The position numbers and the translations under genes were made by a program. A stretch of 64,000 nt of DNA from Tubulanus polymorphus. Lineage: Eukaryota; Animalia; Nemertea. The DNA lies in contig NC_134026.1 in NCBI RefSeq assembly GCF_964204645.1, positions 5,851,950 through 5,915,949 on the forward strand. The letters are read 5' to 3'. Below the pieces are notes generated by a model. It had not been told where the DNA came from. It saw only the letters and a list, made by a program, of their open reading frames with translations, and did no database searches. Positions within the stretch are counted from its first letter, which is position 1; every line of letters begins with the position of its first letter. Of the stretch, positions 1 to 12,400 are shown piece after piece.

Positions 1-676
1 CCGTAATTAACACAGGGATCAAACATCGAACGTACTTTCACGGCTACTTTCAGAAATACGTGGCGATTATCCCTAATATCGTTGTATCATTGAAATTCGT
101 ATTCTTGCATTGGAACTTCCATCTTCAGAGTGATTGACTTCACAAATACGTCGTTTTTTATTTATAACATGGATACTGTCAAAATCAACAACAGCATTTT
201 TGATGCATCAAAAAAAACGTTAATGGAAATATTTCTGACGCGTCGAATGATGCGTCAATTTCATTAACGTCGTAGGTCACATTCACTTTGTTACGCAGCT
301 ACTGGATTGATTGATCCTTGTGGGGTGTTGTCTTAGCTTCATATATCACAGTATTCATTTCACCTACATTGCCGTGTTCATTTTGCCAAAAAATCTTATA
401 CGATGACATAACGCATATCCTCTACATTTTGGTAATTATTTATCGGTAAAGCGAAGCTGGTAACAATCAAGTAAAATACAAACGAGTATGGGGGAAATAA
501 GCATAAATTTGGACTCGGCCGATCTGCGCACGAACGAGAATGGATTTGATAATGGCAATGATGGATAAAACAGAAAACAGAAACCAGGACATGAACACCT
601 TTTGCTACTTGAAATTATAGAATTTGCTTTAACAACTTTCAGATTTACTAGTAGTGCATTCCCACTCTTGTCGAAA

Positions 677-859
677 ATGAAATTGTCGCTGGTTTTGGTG
701 ATGTTGGTGTTAACCGCCTCGGTGATCGCTACATCTGCAGAAGATGCACCTTTCTTTTATCGCCATAAAGGTATTGAAAAAATTGTAGCTGATGAAATTG
801 TCGGTCGTCAGAGACGATCAGATGAACTCAACGCAGATTCCCCACTAAAATCGGGTTGA
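677..859 (+). CDS. Small secreted prepropeptide (60 aa), unknown family
   Basis: ATG at 677 (AAAATGA context) after a likely acceptor tttcag ending at 642. Translation MKLSLVLVMLVLTASVIATSA|EDAPFFYRHKGIEKIVADEIV-GRQRR-SDELNADSPLKSG*: hydrophobic signal peptide, furin-type RQRR site; AATAAA at ~916. Confidence 0.6.
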   Translation: MKLSLVLVMLVLTASVIATSAEDAPFFYRHKGIEKIVADEIVGRQRRSDELNADSPLKSG

Positions 860-2386
860 ATCAAATCCAGAATGGAATTCTTTGAGGTTTAGTAAAACTT
901 GTCAATATTGATGAAAATAAATGATAACAAAAAAGAAAAACGAAATATTTACGGATTCCCACTGTCGAATAGCTGACCCGTGATATTTCGAAAAGTTTTT
1001 GTGAGTTTCACATTTAGAATGAAATGATTCGATATTTCAGGCAATTCTACGTTTGTTGTGTTATATGTTAGACAAGAGTATGCATTCTTGGCATACCCGT
1101 GGAATTAAACCGCATTAAGGTATCAGAGTCGGAAATATACAGCGAAATCTGGACCACAAACCTAATGGGAGAATAGAGAGGGAGAGAGAGAGGGTGAGAG
1201 AGGGTTGGAGAAGCCAGGTGTCTGCAGCGTGAACAGGTGAAAGGTATAGCAGACGAACTAAACATATACTGTATTTGTTTTGCTTCGCAGTAAGTTTAAA
1301 CTTAACCAGTGATATTCGGTAGCAGTAACAGATTGCGTCAACTCATCAACGCGAAGAGAGTTTTTAATGAATGAAAATGCGATTCATTGCTCTAGCGCAT
1401 GAATGAGGTTAACAGCTGTAATCAAGCTTAAAGCAAAACAACAAAAAACCACTAATATATACGATTCTTTTCGAAACGACTGCATAATTTTCAACCAGAA
1501 ATTTTTACGATCAACACGTTGAGAAATAGTTACTAGAATCACATTGTAGATTGTAGATTTCGGATGATTAATGCCAAAAGCTACGTGTAAACATGGCCAT
1601 GTTCGTGATAATGTTATTCCGACTACAAGCACGCGGAAATAAGTGTTTGATACACGCAAAAACTCCATTTGAATCTGTAAAGATCGGAAATTCTGTCGCT
1701 TTATAACACAAAAATCATCCGCGTGAAGATCAGAAACGACCCTGATCTGATAACGGTTGACTGTCTGGGTTTAAGTTAAAAACCCATACCACATTGAATC
1801 TATCGTATGCCGGTGAATAAACTAGATGAATCTCGCCCAGGTCAAGTATGTCATAAAATCAGTTACGAGGTTTTATGCTTTCATGAAAAAAATGGGAGAA
1901 CAGGAACAGGTCCCCTTGAAGTGCGGTTGTGATCAAAGTGATCTCTTCGTCGCTCTGCGATCCTGGTGCCCGACCGTAGTACATCGACACTGAGGTTATT
2001 CCCGTGCCATTTTATAAAACAACGGCCAATTTTTCTTTTAGATTTCTCTTGGAGGTGCCTGTAAATTGCGTTCCGTACTGTAGAAATTGTACTGAAATTT
2101 CAAAATTGTTCAGGCCCGGCCAGTGTTCTTGCTCATTTTCGGCACAGTACCCTTCAATGCGTTGTGCTCCTGTCAGGGTATATCCTAGCACCCAAGTTGG
2201 TTCGCGCGAAGTCATTGGCTAGCAGCACTCTAGACATTAGAATTTGACAACAGACTGTAGTGGAAACTTTTAACACGACTAACGGCGTGGAAATCTCGGC
2301 GTTATTTACCTTACATTGTGTACTGCCATACACTGTGTATTGTAAGCGCATAAACACTTATGGCTGTTTCACAACCTCCAGCGACT

Positions 2387-2406
2387 GTTGCCTAACTCCT
2401 AGCAAC
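2387..2406 (+). promoter_or_regulatory. RFX X-box-like half-sites upstream of WDR88
   Basis: GTTGCC-taactcct-AGCAAC about 80 nt upstream of the ATG. CCTAGCAAC is a good RFX half-site, but the spacer is longer than canonical. Confidence 0.3.
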
Positions 2407-2487
2407 GAGTAAACAATATCTGCGGCAGCAGCTGAGAAATTGCAGTTTTAACCCGTTTTATCACTGGGAATAATTTCGATAACAATA

Positions 2488-3774
2488 ATGGCTCATCCGG
2501 ACAATAATATCGATCCGATAGCTGTGGAAATCACGAACGAAATGAACAGAGAAGCTATGAATGAACGAAGACGACTATTAAAATTGCAAAGAGAGTCAAA
2601 ACGTCAACATCAACAGCAGCAGCAGAAGAATCAGGGTTCCTCAGAAGGAAATGATGAAAATAAAGACACTTCTCTATCACAAGTGAAAATACGAGTCTAC
2701 ACAGGCCACAAAGACGGAATCAAAACGTGTCAGCTATGCTTCAACGATCAGAGAATCTTTACGTCATCTTTCGATAAATCTGTAAAGTTGTGGGACTTCC
2801 ATACGGGAAGCATTATTCGATCGTACGAAGGAGGACACGATATGTACATCAACGCGGCTCATATGAATCCGGGAAATGATCGCTTCGTCACGGCTGGCTG
2901 GGATAAAGTATTACATCTGTGGGACGTTGAGACGGGCAATATTTTATGGTCGGACGAACACAACGGAATCGTTACGTCGTGTAAATTTTCCAACGACGGA
3001 AAATACGTCGTTTCCGCTTCGGATTTGGATTATAAAGTAAAGATGTTCGACACGAGGCTCGGCGCGGAACCGATTCACGAGATTAAGAATCTACATCTGA
3101 GTTCGGTAACGAGCTGCGGATTCAGCCCGAAAGACGATCGAATAGTCACATCCTCGATGGACAAGACGACCAAATTCTGGGACATCAGGTCCTGTCAGAA
3201 CACGATATCGTTACAAGGACACGATAACGTCATCAGCGATTGGAGTTTGCGGCAGGACGAACGAAGCCTCGCGACGGCGTCCTGGGATAAAAAGATACAA
3301 GTTTGGGATATATCGACGGGAATGTACCGATCCGAAGGGCCGGTTACTTTGAAGAAAGGGCACGAAGGGTGCGTGAGTTGTTGCGAATTTAGCTCCGATG
3401 GAATGCTTCTTGTGTCAGCTTCTTACGACCAGAGCGTCGTCGTTTGGGATATGGAAAATAATATGATGAAATTGAAACTGCAAGGACACACCGACTGGGT
3501 CGAGGACGTATGTCTGAGCAGGGATCAAAAATGGATCGTCACTTGCTCGAAAGACCGGACGCTTCGTTTGTGGGATATTGAAAATACCGAGAGCTTACCG
3601 GTCGTTTTGGAAAATAAGAAAAGTATCGGTTTAAAGATCAGCACTTGTCACGAATGTGGTAAACCGTTTTCGATGTCGCAAGCGGAGTCTGATCATATCA
3701 CGCTGTGCGTTTTCTGTCGTCTAGAATTACGCCAAAAGAAGTCTAATCGAAAACCGAAACTGCCCATGAAATGA
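2488..3774 (+). CDS. WDR88: WD repeat-containing protein 88 (WD40 beta-propeller with C-terminal CxxC...CxxC), single coding exon
   Basis: 428-aa uninterrupted ORF with ~7 GH...WD repeats. The C-terminus LPVVLENKKSIGLKISTCHECGKPFS...LCVFCR matches the recalled WDR88 tail (C..C..PFS...CVFCR). Confidence 0.85.
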   Translation: MAHPDNNIDPIAVEITNEMNREAMNERRRLLKLQRESKRQHQQQQQKNQGSSEGNDENKDTSLSQVKIRVYTGHKDGIKTCQLCFNDQRIFTSSFDKSVKLWDFHTGSIIRSYEGGHDMYINAAHMNPGNDRFVTAGWDKVLHLWDVETGNILWSDEHNGIVTSCKFSNDGKYVVSASDLDYKVKMFDTRLGAEPIHEIKNLHLSSVTSCGFSPKDDRIVTSSMDKTTKFWDIRSCQNTISLQGHDNVISDWSLRQDERSLATASWDKKIQVWDISTGMYRSEGPVTLKKGHEGCVSCCEFSSDGMLLVSASYDQSVVVWDMENNMMKLKLQGHTDWVEDVCLSRDQKWIVTCSKDRTLRLWDIENTESLPVVLENKKSIGLKISTCHECGKPFSMSQAESDHITLCVFCRLELRQKKSNRKPKLPMK

Positions 3775-5319
3775 GAAAATAACTAACAGCATTTACTATA
3801 GCTTGGTCTAAATCGTTATTTTGGCTGCTGTCAATTCTTATTTTTATGTAAGGAGTAACTCTGTCGTGCTAAACCGATTACACTGGTAGTTTTGGTTGTT
3901 CGACGAAATGCATTGCACGAGCAACCACGCCATCTGCCATCGAAACAGATTTGAATATCACTGATCTGCGGCCTCGTGGATTTTTCGCGAAGCTATTCGC
4001 AGAAGCTCAAAATGTTTGTCAAAATAAAAACGAATCAGTTACATGGAATGTTTCATATTTAGCCTGCACATCGTACATTGTACGAACGATTTGCTTTTTA
4101 GTTTTTCCGGGCGGGTGATGTTTATTGTTTGACAGGATTCAATTTGGCCCTCGGGAACCTCGTTAATACGAATCTTTTGGGCAAAAGTGAAATCGTCGTA
4201 TCAAAAAAGGTTGTTTCGTATTATCCAAATTTCGATTTGTGTTGCCACTTCTCCGGATTTCTCCGTAATTCCGGATTTAAAAAAAATCCAATTTCATTTC
4301 CGGATTTTCGCGAGAAGTCAAATAACCACAAAAGAAAACATCGCGAAAAAAATTAAATCAATTCGGGATTCGACCCTAAACATCAAAACGTGACGGCTCC
4401 GTAGAGGGTTCGAAAAAGCCGTATTGTGCTGCCACGTAGTGGCAACAACCCTGCAGTACACGATTAAACCAAGATGACGCGACGATCGAAATCGATTGAC
4501 GCTTCGTTTGTTTTTTGGCTCTCTGGTTTATGCATGAGGTGTATTTGACGGAACCAATCGCTATTTGAAAAAAAGATCTATAGGCGGTAATGAAAGTGAG
4601 GCCTATAACGCGTATTGCGCCAGAACGCATCTCCTGGACCTGGCGTTCTAATTTCAAAAACTTTTTTGGGGGAGGGCCCCCTCCCAGACCCCCGACTTAT
4701 TTTCCGGATTCTTAGCTTCACATAAGTGGCAACTCTGTTTGATACAAATATCCTAGCTTAGACATGCTGGAAATCATCGTAATAGAAAGGCTTCGTCTTA
4801 TCGTATTAACGAGGTTCAGCTGTGGGCTACTTCTAACGACATAGGTATGGACTCGACCAGACCGTAACGTCCCGTAGTCAATCGAGCGAGAAACACGTGG
4901 ATGCCTCGAAGCCCGCGTGAATTTTTTTGTTACGGTTTGTCGCAACTTTCGATATTCATTTTTCGATTGCTACACGTGATCACAAATTTAATTCGTAATG
5001 AGTGACAAAGTTCTTCACGCACTCCTTGTAGTAGCGTGTGTGTACATACTTAACGAGCTGACCGAGGTCTCATGAATTACACGAGATTATACGTACTTCC
5101 AAAAACACTGCCCCGGCCCCGAATAGATTACCAGTTTATCTATGATATCACGTCAACATTCAAAACATTTCTGGCATATAACTCAATGTATGTCCAGACA
5201 CTGTATGGATCTCTTGTCAGTAATCGGTGACAATGAAGTTTGATCAGGTTCCCGATTCATAGTACATATATCAAAAGCTCCTTTCTGTGGAAATTGTTTT
5301 CATATTACGTTTGATCATT

Positions 5320-8300
5320 ATGCAGAGAACACACTTGTCGCTTAATCACCCTGAACACAGCGATTTTATAACCGACCAGGTATGTAGCAGTGCATTTAAG
5401 ATTAGATTACAAAGAAAACTAATTTATAATCACTACAATATTTCGATCGGATTAAGTTCCCGTCCCGATCAGTATTCTGATACAGTAGAACCCGCTTTAT
5501 TCGGATCATTTGGGGCGAACAAAATTCATCCGGTTTACGGATAATCTCGATTGAACATACTTTGTATACGGTAGGTTTTAGTATCCGGATTAGATAAAAA
5601 TTTGGATTGAACTGGTCGGTGTCAAGAGGATTTGATTTTTGGCCTCAAGAATCAAACATCATGCAAAGTTGACAGATTTCAAAGAACACTTTTTACCTCG
5701 CCTAAATACCATGAGATTAATAGTTACAGTACGTAGTTCACTTCAAGATTTCTAACTCTGTGTGAAACCAGAAACGGAATCCCTGAACAGAAATGTAAAC
5801 GATCCCTGGCAAAGTACAATAAACGTTGTGTACGTCGAATCTTTTGGAACCAAGAAAAGTCCTCCGAACTGGAAAAAAAGTCCAACTTTGAATAAGTCGA
5901 ATTTCGAACCTTTTTCCGAAAATAACGACCGGGACTACGATTTGAGAATTAATTTCTGTAAACGGAAAAATCAAATCAACATCTAAAGAAATGATCTAAA
6001 ATGTTTCGGGTTTATTTTTTTTTACATCACTAACCACAACTAAAATAACGACTGTGACATGCATCGTCGATTTCAAGCCAGGAAAAACAGGGGGAAATTC
6101 AAACTGAAATGGGGTGAAAATACTCCTTTGACTTTCGTGGAGTGATTTTCACTGTAGTACTACGAGATTACGATTTACATAATCCGACGTTGGAATATAC
6201 ATTTCTTCGAAAAAAGAGAAGGAAAAATCGGGACCGTCAATATTCATCCGACAAGCGATTGCCTGACTTTCGCCGATCCGACTAAACGCAATAATTAGGT
6301 TTCCCTGTAATTTCTTTCAAAGGGTTTTGTTTTTCGATATGAACATTTGATTAAATGTATCTATCTTTTTAGTGGGGTTTGCCGACAGTTGTTTACATAG
6401 GGTACAGATTTTTGACGGCTTCATTCACGTTGACGTGGATCGTTTTAAGTTTTATTTGGATTGAAGATGGTTGGAAACATAGCGAAAGGTGGTACCTTTA
6501 TTTAGCCCATTGGTGTTTTCTTATGTTGACTTTGACGTGCACTTATCATCTTGTACTAGTAGTGTACCACAAGACAAAGGGAGGTTAGTACCAAGCACGA
6601 TCTATCTTCATTCCCCCCATACCCTGGTGAAGCGAAAATGGCTACGATATGTCCCCTGTTGGTTTCCACTAACAAATGACTGTCTAATAAAAATGTTTTT
6701 TGAAAATGGCCTATAGAATTGGCTCGGAACGTCAAATGCTCATTAAGTTTTTCTTTATCAATGTGAGTTTTCACTTCAAATATATAAGTTTCTCTACGAG
6801 CCATCGCACTAACTGATATGATGATACTTTGGCGAGTCAGCAAAGTTCCCTTGACCGATCATTTGTCGCACAACACTACACGCAACGAGCAGTCTCTCAT
6901 GGACACCAGCACTAAAACTTTCGAACGTAAATTACTAGTACTGAAAATGTACTTAGTCAAAATAACTGATTGTACTAAAACATGGCTAATAGCCAATTAC
7001 TTGTTCCTTGGTAGAACGGATTGATAAGTAAAGTCTGACTTAAGTCTGACTTGATGCATTATTATTTCGTCCTACAATTGTTCTTCATAAATAATCTTAT
7101 CATATCAGGGCGGATCCAAAGGGAGGGTGCAGGGAGTGCGCACCAGTCCTAAAATGTCAAATTTCAATAGAAAGTGAGAAATATCAAAGCTGATACCTAA
7201 AAAAGTTTAAATTCATTGATTTCCAAAAATGTTCTCCAAGGAGCTTTCTTTTGAGGTGCCCTTTTAATTAAGCTATGACATGCCCTATGTTGGAATGCAC
7301 CCCTTCCTGTGTATTTTGGGTTTTCCATTCTAGGTCGTCTGCGAAATCACTGGCATTACATCACACCACGACAACTAAAGATTCTATGGGTTTTCAGCAA
7401 TATATCGAACGCCGGTGCGATAGGGGTAGTCGTCCTATACTGGCCACTTACTTATCGAGGTAAAACATAAATCAAGTTTCCCCGCAAATATGCACGGCTG
7501 AACAAAGTCAAATATATATGATATGGATAAAGTGGGTTTTTTTTATCTCGAAATATAGGGAGTGTCTCCGTTATTTATTTGATTTGTAGATTTGACCTGA
7601 TAGGGTAAAGTTTTAGCGAGTCCCAAATGAATCTTTTTAAAGGCAGCATGCTTTTCTTTTATCGAAGATCAATTATAACACTTTTTACTTCTTTTCATTA
7701 TTTTGATATTCGAGGACCTCTGTAGCCCGTGAGAAAATTGTGTAACATCTTCAAAATACGATGGTCTGGCCAAGCAATAAACAAATATATTGATTGGAAT
7801 TAACCCTAAGAGAAGCTCTTTACCGAAAGAACAAGATTTGATAGTTTGTAAAAAGGTTTAATTTTCTCCTTTACAGGTGGTGAGATAGATCCAGTTACGC
7901 TGGTGATACATTGTTTTAACGCTGTATACGTCATTATTGACTTGATGATCATCGCTAACCCGGTGCGGTATCAACACGCCTATCAGCCGATGATATTCCA
8001 TACGATATTCGTCATATTTTCCGTTATTTTTGACCGCTTTTCTGACATTCCACCCGAAGAGAAAGATTTCCTTTACCGAAATTTCACCTGGGGCAACCAG
8101 GGAGCCGTAGCCGGATTCTCTTTACTGTTGGTGCTAGTTGTGTCACCCGTATCTCATCTAGTCACATTCGCCGTGTTTAGAATACGTATGGCGATATATA
8201 AATGCAGTTTTGGGCGAGAGTCTCGCGCGGACAGCGATAGTATCATAATACCGTGGTATCTACGTAAAAGGCGTCGTAAAACTACGAGCGGAAGCTCGGC

Positions 8301-8499
8301 TACAACTATTAAGACAAATAATAATGGCGTTGTTCAACAAATCAGTGACGACAGTGAACTGCAAACGTCGAAAAATAGCGTCATGCAAAACCATTCGCCA
8401 AATCGTGAACTTAAGTCGGAAGCGTTGGAAATCGAGTCAATCTTGCCTGAAGATAACGAGCTAAATCAAAGTTACGGTTCTATATCGAGTGTGCTCTAA
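5320..8499 (+). CDS. Rolling stone-like multipass membrane protein (FAR-17a/AIG1-related), ~339 aa
   Basis: Exons 5320-5379, 6373-6583, 7334-7459, 7877-8499 join in frame with GT-AG. Motifs LNHPEHSDFITDQW, YR..., WYLYLAHW, LWVFSNI, LYWP, IHCFNAV..IDL...PVRYQH are typical of rolling stone. The start is uncertain (5325 could be an acceptor). Confidence 0.8.
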
Positions 8500-9443
8500 T
8501 TCTAATATCGATTGGGACGTACAACAAGTTCGCGGGCTTATGTCGTAAGGCAAATGCAGCCTGCTTGCAACAAGTTTATCGGTTGCAGCAGACCGCAAAA
8601 TAAGGGGCCGTTTTTGATAACAGGCCAAGCCAGGCCATCGATTAGTCTCATGATGTTTGCGAGTGTGAGGGGACAAGCGGTCTCAGAGATCAACGCGCTG
8701 CTTCACTACACCAAGGTGCTGCCTCTATGTTCAACGTTAGCGGATGTTTTATACACTAACATGAATCGACTGTGGCAATCGAGCTGCTACCACCACTACT
8801 CCTAGCGAAATTTGTATCGAATCTAGTTACACTTTCATGTTTAATTGTGAAAAATCAGACATACGTTATTTGATATATAGAACAATCAACTTTTGAAATG
8901 TAAAATCAAGAGCCAATGTCCGTTGATTGCCAGAGTTGGTTCCTGTTAGTGTACGAAAATTCCGCTTACGATGAGCATCGCGGCAGCACCTCATGGTATA
9001 GTGGGGCAGCATCAGCGTTGCATATCGATCTTCCGTGGATTGAGCAATCAAACATCGACTATTCCTTTAGATATCGATAAGAGCACAAACACAATCTTCA
9101 CCCAATCGAACAGAGATAAAATGGATAAAACCAATTATGACGAGAACTACTCTACTTTATTAGTGCCACATATATTTCTTAACTTACAAATTCATCGAAT
9201 GGCTCAAAAGATGGTGAAAATCATTGGTAGATACGCTTTATATCCATACAAAGAAATATTCCAATGATCTCCTATATAGAAATTGTACCACGCAACGGTT
9301 CACATAATTTTTTTCATCGTTATATCAAGTCACTATCTTCAAATATGTCCACATTGTTCGTTTTAGCACGAGACTTTTTTTCTAAACAAACACGGCAGCA
9401 TGCTGTATCCACCTTAGTGATTAATTTATTTCGATCGCGATTC

Positions 9444-12400
9444 TCACTTCTTTTTCCCCGGCGCGTATTCGGCGTCTGGCAGAATTTTTGTTACGACGCC
9501 GTATCCCAATGTACCTTCACCCGATCGCATCGTAAATCTTTGACCGTCTTCGAGCGCCTGAAAGAGATACGACAAAGGCGCGATTCAGAATACTTCCAAA
9601 GGAACTGGATGATGACCGGAAAGTCATTTTAGTAAATCACTCTCATTCTAGGAAAAGTGGTTTTATATAGATAAGCCTAGAGTGATTTAAGCGAAAATCC
9701 AACTTAGGAAACAAATTCATTACATTGCAAACATAGAAAATGGTCCAAAACATTTTATCAGACTATGCAGATACCAGATTTTAAGCGAGCTTGACTATAT
9801 GAAATAAATTTGAATTTTAATGTCAATGAATGATGGCGGATGGTGTAATTGCAAGACCTAAAGAATATTTTCCGAAGCTAATGTACTGATTATGGATCTA
9901 AATCCTGTCAAAAATAAAATGCCAGTACATAAAACAGAATGGTCTTGTATAAACTTACCATCTTTTTTTGTAAAGTGAATTCCACCGGGCTGTCCTCTCC
10001 GGGCATCAGCATTTCCTTTCCAGTAACTGTCAGTGCGGCGGGAACGTCCCAAGTTTTACTGAAAACTTGCGTTTGGAACCCGGTAAGGAAAGCCTTCTTT
10101 CGACCACCTTCATCACCACTTAGCATATAAACCTAGAACACAATGACATTATTCATCTCATTTATGGACAAGTATCATCTAAAGGATTATCTCCAGTTCA
10201 AAATTCTACTGGACTATACCGATCTCACACTTGTCAAATTATGTCCAAGCTAAGCAATTACAACTTGAATTAAGTAATTTTCATCCTCGAATAGGTTTAA
10301 AATCAGAGTGATAATAATTCGGCCGAATGAATCTAATATAAGCATTTTACAATTACTATCCTCCATAACATCGAATCCCAACAATAAAATTTTGGGGATG
10401 ACATTTCTCAGGTGGTAGGACAAGTCTCACAAGACCCCCTGGATCCGCCCTTGTAAATAATGTGCAGATCCCAAACAGCTAGGTCTACTGTACATGCATG
10501 CCATTCCCCTCGTACAGCCAACTATTTCTGGATATCGGACAACAAATTCCCAAAGAAAACATTAACTATAACGCAACCATTGACATATCTGGAAACTACC
10601 TTAGCTTCAAAATTGTTGTGAAGTTTTGTTGATCCGGGTTTCGCGAGAACATGTCCCCGCCTCAATTCGTGACGTTTTATACCACGAACGAGCGCCCCGA
10701 GTTGATCTCCGGCCTCGGCTCGGTCCAGTGTCTGATGGAACATTTCGACTCCCGTCACGGTCGTTTTCGAAATCTTATCGAAGCCCACAATTTCGCACTC
10801 GTCGCCCTTTTTGATAACGCCGCGTTCAAGTCGACCTGTGACCACAGTTCCGCGACCTGCAAGGTAAAAATTGCGGAACAATGAACAAAAATGCGCCAAC
10901 GCCATCATCAGAGTTCAACAATTTTGCTGTGAATGCTCAGGGGCAGATACAGAGGCCAAATTTGATTAACTCGTCACATCCCAAGAGGGCACTTTGATGT
11001 CCAAAAATGCAATATCGGGTATACTCCCGCACTGAATTATGAACCAATTATCTTCGTTGACAAAACTAAACAGGGCAAATTTGATGGACTTGTACGAATC
11101 TCGCAAGTCCCCCCGGGACATACCCCTGATGTTAATTCATAAACATCAATTGAGCCTTGTTGAAATCATAATTTCCAATGTGGCCATAGAAATAATCTGC
11201 ACAATTATCAAATAGACATTTATTTGATTTCTTGATGACTTGATCTAACTTAGTCGTCCTTCTCTTTTGGTAGCTACGTTAACTGCTTTTCTTATCTATA
11301 CGCACCTCAACTGCTTAATCATTTTCAGTATATTTAATAACCTACACTAAGTCTTAGTGTAGACGAGAAACGTCACATCAAATAAATATCTATTTCATCA
11401 TTGAGGGTTTTCATTTCTTTCAACGCAGCTTATTACAAGCAATGGCTAGAATTAGGTCCAAACTGGATCACTGGAATCTGCTTTGTATTAAACACTCGTC
11501 TATAAGATGCAATTTGAAATTAAGACATTTTTTTTATGACCGGTACCTGGTATTGAGAATACTTGTTCAATAGGGAAATAGAAAGGTCGATCGAGGTCTC
11601 GTTCAGGTGTCGGTATGTATGAATCCACTTCTTTCAGCAGATCATGAATTCTGTTTTCTCCCATTTCTGCAGATTTTCCCTGCAAGAAAGTTCGAAATGA
11701 TGGATATTTCATTAGATTCCGAATGGATCATTTAACCTTAGTTTACACACTCGAAACAGCAAAACTTGGGAGTATTTGCATTAAAAACCATATTCTATGT
11801 ACAATCAATTTGGACTGCGGACTGAATGTTGAGGTAAGATCAAAATCTGGATTACAGCAGTCAGGTTTTTACTGCAGCCTACAGGAGCTGAAATAAAAAA
11901 TAAGTACCTCTAAGGCGTTCAATGCAGAGCCGATAATGATTGGAGTTTCTTGACCGTTGAAACCGAATTCAGTCAGAAGATCTCGAACTTCCATTTCAAC
12001 CTGTTAGAAAATTGTTTCAAAGATAAGACATTTTTCATTGAAGATTTACACAATGATTACGTAACAAACAACTTACCAATTCTAACGTTTCTTCATCCGA
12101 CGCATCTGCTTTATTTATAAACACAACAATGTTCTTTATTCCAATCTGTAATCAAGAGTTTTAGAGAAAACTTTTACCAAAAAAAAAAAGAATTAACAAC
12201 AGAAACTTACACGTACATGGAAATGTAAGGAAAGGTAGAATTTGTCTACATTTCAATCATTTGACAATCAACACAAAATTATGAGCTTTTAACCGAATTG
12301 ATTGGCTAACTCATTCAGTTTTTCATACTAACCTGTTTCGCCAATAGCAAATGTTCTCTGGTTTGTGGCATAGGACCATCAGTGGCAGCCACAACCAAAA

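Noticed and set aside
1384-1668. 94-aa minus-strand ORF with a hydrophobic C-terminal stretch and a nearby acceptor
   Set aside because: No recognisable family and no convincing exon partners; cannot be supported without RNA data.
1900-2357. Overlapping short ORFs (Cys-rich + strand; 67-aa - strand)
   Set aside because: Coding-like composition but no recognisable domain or consistent splice model; possibly a decayed fragment.
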